This document shows positions 13,901 to 26,600 of a stretch of DNA of 64,000 bases, piece after piece (position 1 is the stretch's first letter; the number at the start of each line of letters is the position of its first letter). The notes beneath the pieces are model-generated. The model ran no database searches and was not told the DNA's origin. It was given only the letters and a program-made list of their open reading frames with translations. This DNA comes from Cenococcum geophilum (lineage: Eukaryota), in assembly GCA_050273025.1 (NCBI GenBank), contig CP158635.1, positions 29,016,001 through 29,080,000 on the forward strand, written 5' to 3'. The position numbers and the translations under genes are program-made.

Positions 13901-14091
13901 TTTGTCTCTAATAGCGCTAGGTTTAAAGACGCTAGGCTTAATGGCTTAGAGTTAGTAGGTAGGAGACTTAGGTATAGTATATTGTTAATTTATAATAAAC
14001 CCTAATACTTAACCGCAAGTCTATTAGTCTAAACGTCCGCTATTATAAGTATTCTTCCGTGCTAATTGGTAATATTAAAGTTAGGTTAAAC

Positions 14092-16366
14092 TGTTGGACT
14101 CACAAGGGGATATCACGTAGCTACGGTTCGTAGATAGTATAATAATTGTTCTGTTCTTGATTGATTAATAGGAATAAGGAAAGGGGTGAGGAACTTAAGG
14201 TTCCTCACCACGCTAGGGCCACGTCGACACGTAACGACCGCTTGCCTCATTCCCAACACTAGCAACTCTTCTTTTATGGTTGCCATCTATATACACTTAT
14301 AGATTGCCACTATATAAAGATACAAAGCTAAGGAGAAGAAGATAAAGAAGGACGTTAGGTTTAACGAGAATACAAAGGGAGTTGCTAAGGCGCTAGTAGT
14401 AAGCGAGCTAATAGCGATTTTCTATACCGGGCATGGAAAATCCTAATTAGCTAGTAGAAGTTAGGGTCGGCAAAGTATGGTAGGAATTTGGCAGGTAGTA
14501 TGCCCTAGGAAACTATGTCGTTAAAATAGGGTTGTGGAGCTAGCGGAGCGTAACTAGATACGGCTAGCTTAAGCAAATAAGAACGACAGTTAACCAATAG
14601 GAATGCTCTTAAATTGCCTTTATCATCGCATCTGCTGGGTTGTCTTAGCTACTAATCTATCGAATCCTAAAGAGTTCTTAATGCTCTACAAGGACCTTTA
14701 TGAGAACCTCTGCGAGGACCTCTATAAGGACCTCTACGAGAACCTCTACGAGGACCTCTATAAGGACCTCCACGAGGACCTCCATGAGGACCTCTATAAG
14801 GACCTCTACAAGGACCTCTATAAGGACCTCTATAAGGACCTCTATAAGGACCTCTACGAGGACCTCCACAAGGACCTCTACGAGAATCTCTACAAGGATC
14901 TCTATGAGGACCTCTACGAGAATCTCCACGAGGACCTCTACGAGAATCTCTACGAGGATCTCCACCAGGACCTCCATTTGGACCTCCACGATTGCTTTAT
15001 GGTTGACATTGATCGTACCCTCTGCCGTATTCTAATTCCCCGCTGAACTTCTTCTCCTGATCTTGCTGTGGCAGGGTTTGGAGGTTATTAGATCTCGAAG
15101 CAAGGGGATCTTGCGCTTGCTTACGTTGCGGGGGTTATTGCGGAGGTTGCTGTGGATGTTGCCGCGGAGGTTGCTGCGGATATTGCTGCGGATCTTGCTG
15201 CGGAGGTTTTTGCGGAGCTTAAGGCATAGGTTGAGATACGGCAGCCTAAGGAACTTAAGGTATTTAATAGCCTAAGGTTATCTATAGTGTTGCTTATAGC
15301 TGTCCGTTATTAGGATTCCCTTAAGAGTTAAACTTCTTTTAGTGCTTAATCTCTTGTAGAGTCCATTCGTGCTCTTCTTCTGCGTTAAGAACTTGCTTCT
15401 AAATATTGTTTCTAATATTACCCCCATCTATAGGGATAAATACTCCTTTCTCCTAAAGGAAGTCTTAAAAATCTCAAATAATATAAATATTACCAAGTGC
15501 CCAGGTATTGGCAGTCCATCCTATAAAATCCTCCCTAAAATATTCCTATAGCTGTGAATCGGCGTAGTATCTACTTTAGTAAAATAGAATACGGTGTAGG
15601 AGAAAGCTGTTAACTTATTTTGCGGTACAAGTTGTTGTATTAAGGGTAAATTCGTTCCAATTTTCGTTAATGAGTTTCGCGTACGAAGCTACCCCTAGTG
15701 GTAAGGAGTCTTTCCAGTTGTTTAACGTGACTGTAGCCATATTTTCGGCTTACGGCTATATTGTCAGGTGTCGTAATAGAGATTGTAGAGTTGTAGGAAT
15801 TGTCGTTTGGTACGCGTTTGTGATGTATACTTGTCGTTTGGTACGCGTTCGTGGTTTGGTACGCGTTCATGGTTTGTATTTGTCGTTTGGTACGCGTTCG
15901 TGACGTATATTTGCGATTATGGGGCTCAGGACCAGTTCTGGCCTTAAATCGCGAAGACTCGTAAAGCGTGTTATTCTGCGTAATGGACGCAAGAATCCGT
16001 AATCTTGGAAAGGCTCAGGACTAGTTCTGGCCTTTAGATCCTTAGATTCGTAGAAGAGTTCTATTTAAGGTTTAGGACCAGTTCTAACCTCAAAAGACAG
16101 CTTTCTTTAGCACGAGTAGCACTGGTACAGTGGCTCGTCTCTTCTTGGTGGAATACCTAGCTGCTCTATAGTATAATAGTAAAGTTAACCACTAATTAGT
16201 GTTAGACTTATAAGGGGATATCACGTAGCTACGGTTCGTAGATAGTATGATGATTGTTCTGTTCTTGATTGATTAATAGGAATAAGGAAAGGGGTAAGGA
16301 ACTTAAGGTTCCTTACCACGCTAGGGCCACGTCGACACGTGACGACCGCTTGCCTCATTCCCGACA
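14092..16366 (-). mobile_element. Complete non-autonomous, internally deleted Copia-type LTR element (2275 bp)
   Basis: 167-bp LTRs at 14092-14258 and 16200-16366 (TG...CA) with a perfect 5-bp TSD TAAAC (14087-14091 / 16367-16371). Minus-strand gag-like frame from 15740 ('L(W)EYFREDF.GWT') and the terminal RNase H motif 'IR(W)IS.(Q)DNPADAM.KA' at ~14614-14670. Confidence 0.92.
14685..14990. repeat. 12-bp tandem array (GAGGACCTCTAC consensus, ~25 units)
   Basis: Directly visible. In the gag frame (minus strand) it encodes RGPR/GGPR/RDSR tetrapeptides. Confidence 0.95.
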
Positions 16367-16499
16367 TAAACAATTAAGAGTGGATAATTAAGCGTAGCTT
16401 AAATTAGTAATATTAAAGTTAGGTTAAATAACTAAGAGTAGATAATTGAGTATAGCTCAAATTATATAGTTAGGAGGTTGGTTTAGATAACTAAGAGAG

Positions 16500-17995
16500 C
16501 GAGTTAAGATCTTTTATAGAACCTCTATAACTACCGTTCCTATTTATAGTAATATTATTTTATATTTTTTAGTTTTAATATTCCTGTTTATTTTTTTTTA
16601 ATATTCTGTTTTTTAAATTATACTTTGTTAAATACGTTATAAGATTACTTATTTAAGGATTTTATTCTAATATCTTATATAAATATCTGTCGAAGCTATT
16701 ATCCACCCATTAGATTAAAGCATTATATAGCTATTTATTGTTTCCACTCTTGTTATTACTACTTTAATTTAGTATGCTATCTTACTAAAGAGTGCCAAAG
16801 CAGTATTATTTTATAACTTATTAATCTATTAAACCGGCGGTATAATGGGCGGGCGGTCTTTAGGAATTGTAGTAGGCATATAGAGTTCCTTAGCTAGCGA
16901 ACTTCCACTATCTGCGAAACCTACTGCTTATATAATTGTTAGAGACCATAGGAATTTATCTTTTTCCCTAAATACGCTTAACGCTACGGTTGGAATAATA
17001 TTAAGATTTAATTTTCTTAGCCTCAACTATACTTTAACGTAAAGTCGTTTTGGAGACCCTTGCTAAAGTAATGGTCAATTTAATATAGGTTTTAATTAAT
17101 TTAATCTAGTAAATATAAGCGGGAAATTCCTGGTTAATTATAAGGTAAAAATATATATCCCGTAATAGTTCTACTGTGCTTAAACTATTAAGAAATCTCA
17201 TTATTATGCTAGTATGGTGTTTAGCTTAAATGCGGGTAGAGCCGAGGAGAAATTTATATAAAACGCTTTGGGGCTTACTTTAGGAAGTTAAGCCTTATTA
17301 TCCTCTGTAATAGCATGCTATCTCCCTTAAATTAAATGGAACTTAATAACTTAGATTGTATTAACTTAGCTAACAAACATAGGAGCTATAGTTTGGCGAT
17401 TAACGCTAACGTTGTCTGCTATTTCCCCCCTAATTGCGAATAACGCAGGAATTTACCTAAATAGCTATGGTAGATATATGGGGGTATTCCTAGGACTTCT
17501 TATGGTTTAGGTAGATGTAATGTAGGGGTAGATAGAACTTGTTTTAAGAGGAATTATCGACCTGAATTGGATTTCTTTACCACTATCTTACTACTATCTT
17601 TAATGCCTAGTACCCTACGCCTTACTACCTATTTCTATTACCTATTTTATCTTAATCGCCTATAATATTTGTCTTAGTTACCTAGACCTACCTTATATAT
17701 ATAGAGAGCTTCTAGAGCCCTCTTTAATAAAATAGAGTTCTTATTCCTGATCGTCTGTTTAATAGGAATTAATTTTAGCCCCTATCTATAAGTTAGTTAT
17801 AAGTAGAGTAAAGAATAATATTACTTTAACTAGTTTAAAGATTGAATTTAAAACTAATTTAACTATACTATAACTAATACTAAGAAATTTACTAATATAC
17901 TATAAGTATATCACCTCTATAATCTCTTTAGAAGGATTAATAGGCTAGTAAGTTATAGGTGGTACCGGTACTCCTGCCTAAGTAAGGTTTCCTTT
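16500..17995 (-). pseudogene. RIP-degraded gene of unknown function
   Basis: Protein-like frame 'ETLLRQEYRYHL...IPALFAIRGEIADNVSV' broken by TAA/TAG. No family recognised. Confidence 0.4.
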
Positions 17996-19270
17996 ATAAT
18001 TCACTATAACTTAAGCGCTTTTACTATCTATTTAAAAGGCCTTATAATCGCCTACTTTGCTAAAAATCTCTAATAGCGTGAATGACGTGGCCTCCGCACT
18101 AACGCATTGCCTTAATTTAAAGGGTTAGCTATAGTTTCTAAATAATAAGTTAGAGATTCTTACCATTAAATAGCGGCTGTTCCGTTTGGCGTACTTAGAG
18201 GAATCCTGAGCCGGGCCACCTAGTTACCTGCGCAGTTTTGTGGTTGGGCTGTGGCCGAAATTAGAAGAAAAGTTAAGTTCTAAAAACTTAACGTGGCTTT
18301 ATATATAGCATTTCAAGAGTTTAATAACCTAAGGAGATTTAGTGTTGTAAAATAGGACTTATAAAGGCATAACTAACTAAAATATAAGCTCTTGGCCTGC
18401 TTGCGCCTCTAGGATTAAATCTATAAGGCTAGGCAAAGATTAATTAAAGGGGATTAACTGCGCTAAAGTAAACGTAAAGTAGATAAAGGAGAGGATTGAC
18501 GTCTTTATTGTAGGATTGGATCTTATTACTAGTTTAGCTTAACTATCTTAGTGGGCGCCGGTAGTCTATTATATAGAGTATTGTTAGCGTTTTAGGATCT
18601 TGTTTTAGGATTTAATATTATAATTTTATAAAATAGGAAATTTAAATAAGAAAATAGAAAGTGTTCTAAATAATAAATACAGTTTTAGTAATCTTGACTT
18701 AGTATATAACCCCTATATGTTTTGTAATAAAGCGCTTCTTCTAATAAGACATAATGCGGCGCTAAGAACGGGAAAGATCTATAAATTTAGGTCACTAAAT
18801 TTTGGTTAAGCAGTAAATGGGAAATATGTTAAATAGGGTATTCTAAGAGATCTAACGAATTTAAGATTATATTATTTTTACCTCAGTATATATTATCCAC
18901 ACTTAAATCTAGAAACATTACGATGTCGGCCTACTAAAATTAATCCTACTAATAATTAAAAACTATTAAGGCCCTTCTCTTTCATCCTTTATCCTTTATA
19001 GCACCTAATAATATAAGCTAAAGCTTAATTACATTTTACAGATGCGTACATTCTACGCGAATTATTAAAGAATGTATAGATTTTAGGCATGATATTACTG
19101 AACTAATTAGGTAGGTGAAAGAAACCTGAAACTTATAGATTATTATCTAGTGAATTTTATAATCTCTACTATCTGTTTACATTTCCTAATCCACCGTCTA
19201 AATTATCTGCGAGTCTCTAGGCACCTATGACTAGATAAGCTGAGAATTAAAGTACTATTGGTATAAAAAC

Positions 19271-19782
19271 TCACCTAATACCGCCAATTCCCATCCAATA
19301 ATCATAAATTAATTTGCCTGCCCCTTCTAACTTAGAAACTAAAACCCAGGTGTTAAACTAGTTTACTTTCTAAAATATAATATTATAAGGGTCGCGGTAT
19401 AATCCGTTATTTAGAATTATAGGATTATATAACTTGGCTATATCTTTAAGTAACTCCCTAGAGTACCTCTCTACAAGTTGGCGAAACTTAATTATACTGG
19501 GCTCCTACTTAATGAGGTAGGATTCCTTTCCACTATTATATTGGAAAGCCTTCACCTTCTTTATTAGCTATAGCCTATTATGCTTAAAGCATATTATGGT
19601 TTTATTATTACATATTTCGCTATTTTAGGCGCCAGATAATTCTAGTGGGTCTTACCTAGGTCGTTAATGAAGGCTAATCTTAGGTCAACTTTACAAATAC
19701 GACTTTGTAGCAATAATACTAACTTAGGATTTTTAATGGCAATTGTGTTATATATAACAACTATAGGAGTTAATAGAGGCAT
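19271..19782 (-). pseudogene. Chromodomain-like protein (split motif), RIP-inactivated
   Basis: 'IKKVKAFQY.SGKESYLIK(W)EPS' and, ~35 codons later, '(W)KVN(W)FNTWV.VS.LEGAGKLIYDYW' resemble the chromodomain YLVKW and TWEP..NL....LI..Y halves. Confidence 0.55.
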
Positions 19783-20279
19783 ATCTTTATTATATGTATA
19801 TTATAAGGTGTGTTATAAGTATAAAAGGCGACTAGTAGAGGTTAATAATTAAATTAAAGTTATAACTGATAAGAGTAAGAGCTAATAAATAACTACTAAA
19901 GTAGGCTATAGGCCGAAAACAGGAAACTTGTTCTTAAATTGAGTTATTTTAATACCGTTTTAGACTGGAAGTATAGTTAGCTAGGTGTTAAGCGCCTGGT
20001 TAGTTTGGCGCCTTCTAGATAATTTTAAGAAACTAATTCCTGTAATTTAAATGCTAATAACTTAAACTTTAACTCTAGGGGAAGCCGGATATCTAAATTA
20101 AGTAGAATACTTACCGCTGTGCTCTAATATAGTTTCTAGGATAATTTCGCTTCTAGCTGCCTGGTAGCTAAGGCTTTGCCAATATACGCACGAAATATTA
20201 TACAGAAAGTAACTAGTAATTGCCTTACCAGAATAAATAAATTACTATAGTCTATCTATTTTTCGCTTTGCTGGAATAG

Positions 20280-23200
20280 AAGGAAGAGGCTTTTTGAATA
20301 TTAAGTGATCTGCCCAGCTAAATAGAGCGTAAAGTTACTGTGAATTAATCAGATCTTTAAGAGATATAGGAAATCCGCTTATTAACCTAGGCATGCTCGT
20401 AATCCCTCTAATAGAGATTATAATACTTTCACTTAAGGTATCAACCACAAATTATACACGTTATTTAAATGGGGGATAACCCTTTAGTACCTTTAATATA
20501 TAAGCCGTTGGATGACCATAAATAAGGAACTAAAATAATATGGCAATAAGCTAAGAGTATAAGTATTAACGCCCATTAGGAGGGAGATTAAGTCGGCAAA
20601 ATATATGACTAACGCACTTATAACGGCCGTTAATATACTAAGGGGGATATTTAAGCTCAAAGTAGAACATTGCGGCGTATATTAAGTCTATAATAGTAGG
20701 AATTATAGAACTTAATTTTATATATTCCGTAGTTTGGCTTTTTAATTCTCCTACCATAGATAGGTCATTGAGTGGAGGTTCAGGCCCTTAGAGATAAAGA
20801 TTAAGACGATAATATCTGTTGCGGTACTGTACTGGGATAGTATAAATAAACCTCTTCTAAGCTTCCTCGCTGTTTAGACTCCGCATAAAGCTTTTAAAGA
20901 GTCTTAGGTAAAATTAATCTGTGATTAGGGATTAGGTGCTAGCAGCTATTAGTATAGAGGTTATACCGGTTCCTAATAAGAGAGTAAAGTTAGGCTTACC
21001 CTTTTTAGGCCATAGGAATAGACTTTCCAATTAGGCAATAACAATTGGATTATTATTTTAAAGGCCCCCATCCTAAAAAGTGCTAAGGTTTTTTACTACT
21101 TTGGGTTTAAAGAACCTTTCTAATTAGTATTAAATTATAGGATATATAACAGATTAGCTAACCAGGGTGCGGCAGAAGTACAACATACCCTAAAATGTAT
21201 TAGCTTAATTCTAAGCATCCCCTAGATTAAATATACGCTTCACTAATAGATATATCATGCTGTAAATAGTTGGCCTGGATTAAACTATACCCTATATAAT
21301 TAGGACGCTACTATATTAAATTGGGAAAGTACTTTGCTTACTAATATCCTTAGGTTGCTTACCCCTATTATAATTGCAAAACAAACAAGGCTATGACTCC
21401 TTGACAGTTGTCGTTATTACTATAACTCTAGTATCGTTTATTAGTAGATTAAACATCTTTAGGTGGGATCTAAAAGCGGCCTTAAAGCCTAATTCGATGG
21501 CGGTAAGGCTGTACTAGCCATCTTGGGCGTAGCCTAGCATTATCTCTTATAACCTAGTAAGTAAAGTGGATCTAAATTTTCGCCGCTTGAAGGTCTTGCT
21601 TGCTATATCCTTAAACCTCTATAATGACTTGGCTGCGTTCTACCCTAAGAAACTTATCCCTATAGTAGTTATTCTACCTAATTACCAGATTAACTTAAGT
21701 TCTTAATAGTAATATTTCTTTTTTACGTACCCGCAGAAGTGCCATAGATAAGGTTAAAATGTTCTCGCAGTGAATATCTAAAGTTAGATAGTGTCTGCTT
21801 AATATATATTAGAAAGATAAGAGATATAACTTCCCTTATACCTCCGCCATCTATGCTTAAAATATGGATACTAGCACTAGGTGGCACAAATTAAAAATTA
21901 GACGCTTTGTAAGGTAAGGCATAGAGGACATAAGACGAAAGATAATAGTTGTATTTTATTAAGGATGATTGTCTTCTATATATTTTAATATATATATTAC
22001 AGAGTGTATAACTGCAGTCTAATACCTTTTTAGGCATTCGCATTAGATAATAGAAGCAAGACTTATAGCTTCTAAACTCTGCTACTTGGGGCCAAAGCCT
22101 TGTAATATTTTGCATGTAAATCTGGGATGTAGTTAATAAAGAGTTTAATTAGAGTGTTTGGAACATAGACTAGAAATTATCTAGAACCGCTAATAAAAAT
22201 TTTGTATAGATACTTGTATTTATAGTATAGTCTTACATTGCAGAGATATAAGCGTTTAAGAAATGCTTTAAGAAGATAAAAGTAGGAAGAAAGTCTATAA
22301 TTAGCATTAGTGAGTTAGCTAGATTTAGGGCGGGGGTTATATAATAAGAACCCGGGGGATAGCTTAATAGAATTAACGCTAATACTACTAATAGGGCGAT
22401 AAAGTGCCATAGCTATGCCTAAGACGGCATATGCTTAATAAGATCTCTAAGGTACGCTAAGAACCCCTCGTTTAAGAAGCTATAAGGTTATACTACTTAG
22501 ATAAATAAGAACGGGGCGGTAATAGTAGAGCTAAAGTGCTCTAAAGCCAAGCTTAATAAAGCCTTAAAATGCTTAAAACGGAATTTAACTTAAGTGGATT
22601 GGCGTAAGACGCGTGCTTCTTCTAATATAAAAAGAATTCGCTTTTAGAACGCGCACGAACGTTTTACTAAGCTTATAGACAAATTTAGTTTAAGAATACG
22701 GATACTATAAAAATAAGCCTTTAGATCTATATTTACGTCTTTAGTTTTACTATATTACTTAAAGCTCTGCATTATTTTAGTTATTAAAGCTAGGGACTTT
22801 AATTTAGCAATATTTTCATTAAAGGTTAGTGAGGATGTGTTAAATACTAGTAGAATGCGGGGGAGCACGGAGAGATCGGAACTTGGAGATTTAACAGCTT
22901 GCTAAGCCATAAGCTTAGACACTTCCCTTAATCCGCCTAGATCTGTAACGAAATAGCAGACTATATTGGAGAAAGGTAAGAGTACTCGATTATATAATAA
23001 TAAGCTAAGTATTTTACGACATTTTAAAGGCTACTACTAAGAAATTTTTCTTGTTACTATCTCCCCACTACTATAGGAAAGAAGCAACTGTGATAAAGAA
23101 TAGTTTTGAAGTTCGCAATTGATGAAAAGGATTAGTAAGGTATCTTTACGGGTTTTAGGGTCTTCCTAAAGGTAGATTTGATTATACGCATCGGCTAGAA

Positions 23201-23450
23201 AATTTCCACCTATAGTATCTCCTAGTAGGTGTTACAGAATAGCAGACTTTGTTTTTTTACTAACTAGCGTAATAAATAATGGGCTCTGATGCTGGCTCTC
23301 TTTTAGTATTAAGGACTTAAAAGCTTGTCGGTGCTTAGTAATAGCACCTTCGCTTTTAAAATCGACAGTTATTTAAGGAATTTTCGCCATTAATAAGAGC
23401 GGATAAGGCGGAGGAGTGGAGCTTAGGGAATCTTCTAAAAATTTGCTTAT
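20280..23450 (-). pseudogene. Patatin-like phospholipase (PLP), RIP-inactivated; Starship auxiliary-type gene
   Basis: Motifs appear in canonical order: ILSIDGGG (~21841-21865), GTSAG nucleophile elbow with an intron (~21730-21745), TSAAP (~21105-21120), F(Q)DGGL..NNP (~21050-21080) and FYFEL (~20655-20670). Confidence 0.92.
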
Positions 23451-23655
23451 ATATATATATTTAAATATTTACAGTTTCCTAAAAATTTAATTCCGCTTCG
23501 TACCACCTAATACAGCTTTATAGTTTATAAGATAGTACAATTAAAATACTAAATTAAATTTTTAGTTTTAATATTCGGTACTAACTAATGTTTCTTATAA
23601 AAGAGCTTTAAGTCTTCCACATTAGTAGGAGTGCTGGGCTCTCGGTATACAAGTA

Positions 23656-26600
23656 ATGGCTCTTCCTATAACCATAGACAACTCTAAGCTAGCTATACTT
23701 AGGGCACGGAACTACCTAGGCATAGCGAAAATAAAACTTGGCGCACTTAATTTCGACCATCCTCTTATACGTAAAAAACATCGGTTACTATCCAAAAAGA
23801 ACGTCCGCCGCCTTAGAAATGTATTTAAAAGAGTAGGTTATAAAAGGCTAGAGAAAGAAAAATTTATTAATGCTGTTATAGACAATGCGACCCTTATCTC
23901 GTTACTAGCCTTTTTAGGCCTTAATAAATAACGCTTTTATTAACTTTAGGAGGGTAACTTAATACCGTTTGTTAACCTAAGGAGCGTGGACTGCCTTAGA
24001 GGCTTATATCGTATTAAAGCTGCTAAAGAATTTTTAGACGATAATGACCAGTGGTGGATAGTGAGGCTTTTCTCCAAAGGTGAGCCCGTTTACTTAAGTG
24101 TCTTACTACTTTAGCTAAGAATCTATTGCAGATCTTCTATAAACGGTCCTTATGAGGATAATTAAAGAATACTTAAATAAATAGAAACCGTTAGACGGGA
24201 AAGTGTTTCGCAAAATACGATACTATTATCTTAAGAATGATACGAAATTAGAGAATAGATGGTGGGCTCTATTAGATGGGTTAAAGCCGAATGATCTAAG
24301 ACAACTTTTTAAGAATTCTTACTTTGCGAGAGCATTTAATGCCCTAGTAGAAATGCCAGGCCTATGGGAACCAATTTAGATCGGAGCGTTATATAGATTC
24401 TTAACGCTTAAGTGTGATGAGGTATGCCGTTCTCTACTTGCTTATAGAGAGAGCTAGCTAAATAAACTAGGAACTGCTTAAGGGACTTCGCCCTATCTCT
24501 ATAAATTGGAAGAAGATTATTAGCTGCAATGGTATAGATTTACCCCCATTAGTAGTGGATGTAGAGACCGTTTAGAATCTGGAACTGTTTGCGCTAGCTG
24601 TCTTAAAAGCCAATATAGATCGTGTTACCGCGCTAATGGAGTTTAAGAAGATTTTCCTAACTATTTTAGACTAGTTAATAAGAGACCTTATTCTATAGAA
24701 CATTTCTTTAGTAGATTGTTTAATTCCCTTATTAAGAACCTTTTTTGAGAACCTTAAATACCTAAAACCTTGTTGCATTATACTAAAGCATTTAATTGGT
24801 AATAAAATAAAAGGAACAATTTATAAGAGCCTTAAAGGTTGCTATTATTGTCCTAAAAACTTAACTATACCGTTCTTAGAGATGAGCTAGTAGTGTTGCT
24901 TAAAGCGTGGATTTATAGAAGACCGATGGCTTTACTATGCATAGTTATAGACGTTTTGCCTTCGTAATTTCCGATATATGACTTAATTTACTCCCTGAAA
25001 AGAAATTAGAAAAGAAAAGCCTACCGTTAGGGAGCCAAGTCCGGCTCTATATTAAAACCTCAGCTATCTGGCTATTACTTTAGGCTTTTGGACTCCTATA
25101 GCTCTCGCGCTTAAGTCGCAAGATCCTAAAAGAGAACTTGCTATTTAGCTATTGCAAAAAGCTAACCCTTAATTAAAGTCCACGAATGAGCGAAAAGTTA
25201 TAGCTATTGCCTTAGTTCTTAAGCAGTCGGAAGCCCAGGATAACTGCATTTAATTACTATACTTTACTAGTTCTAAATCCCTCCCCGCTAATAGAAGGTA
25301 TAGAAGGCCCTTTAACGATAATTATAGGAAGGATAATAATTGCCTTTTTATCCCATACATTTATGGGAGTAAGGTTTATCCTGGTGCCAATATTATACCC
25401 TTTTTTATAAAACGTGACTTCTTTATAACCTTTTTCGGATTTAAGTCATTTAAGGTATACCCAGCCCCCTTTTTTATATATAAACTTAACTAATTAAGAG
25501 AAGGATGCATATTTTACCTTAGAAACTCGGTCGCTATTAATCCAAAATACTATACTAATGTAGAGTCCTACTAATGCGCACGACTATACCTATTACTACT
25601 TAGTTAAAGAACTGCAAATTAAAATAAGCCAATTAAATTCACGTATTAAAGAGTTAGAAGATAGTGAAATAAGTTTAAAAACTGCTAGGAAGTTAATAGC
25701 TTCCACTTCTATAATAATAGAGAATTAATTGGCGAGGGCAAAATCCCAAATTGAAGATCTTAAGAAAGAGTACTCTCTAGTTAGTAATAAGCTAGAAGAG
25801 ATAATAGCTTAAAGTATGTCATTTAAGAATTCCAAAAAGAGGCTGGAATCCCAGTTGGTGTAATAGTAGTCGACACTTAATGCGGCCGTAGCTAAGAAGG
25901 AATGTCTTTAAAGCGTAATAGTAGAAAATAAATATTAATAGGGCTCTAGAGAAGAAGATAAGAAGGATACCTAAATTAAGAAATTGTAACATAATCTGGA
26001 GGCCTAGATAGCTATAGTCTTGGAGTTAAATAACGGCTTAAAAAAATTGAAAGACACCTAAGAAGGAATGCGGAACAGCTTATAAATGAAAAAAAGAGAT
26101 TATAAAGTGCTCTAACGAAAGATAGAGAAGGCAAGAATTGAAATAGAAGGGTTAATAAAAGCATTTAATGCTTTAAAGAGTGAAACTGCTATTCTAACCT
26201 AATGTTTAAAGGCAATACAGATAGAGACGAAATAAGTTATGGAAGAAAATAATAACTTACGTTATGTACTGCAATTAGCTAGGCCTAAGAAGGAAAAAGC
26301 AGTTTAAGAGGTAGTAGATTAGCTGAAAATATAAGCCCAATCTAAGCATCTAAAAGCTCTTAAGTTATTAGAGCAAGTGCGTAAATAGCTAGAAAATAAA
26401 AGACTGCGTCAATAGCAAGAAAATGAAAGACTGCGTTAAGCATTAGAGCTAGCCAAGTCTGAAAAGGAAAAAGCAGTTTAAGAGGTGGTGGATTAGCTGA
26501 AAATAGAAGCCCGGTCTAAGTATATAAAAGTTTTTAAGTTAGTAGAGTAAGTGCGTTAACAGCAAGAAGATAAAAGACTGTGTTAAGTATTAGAGTTAGC

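Noticed and set aside
14685..14990. Possible CRISPR-like array
   Set aside because: Contiguous 12-bp units with no unique spacers, inside a eukaryotic LTR element, and no cas genes.
14603..15046. ORFs 'LYKDLYED...', 'RTSTRTSI...' and 'VEVLVEIL...'
   Set aside because: These are stop-free frames created by the 12-bp array. The meaningful frame is the minus-strand gag frame.
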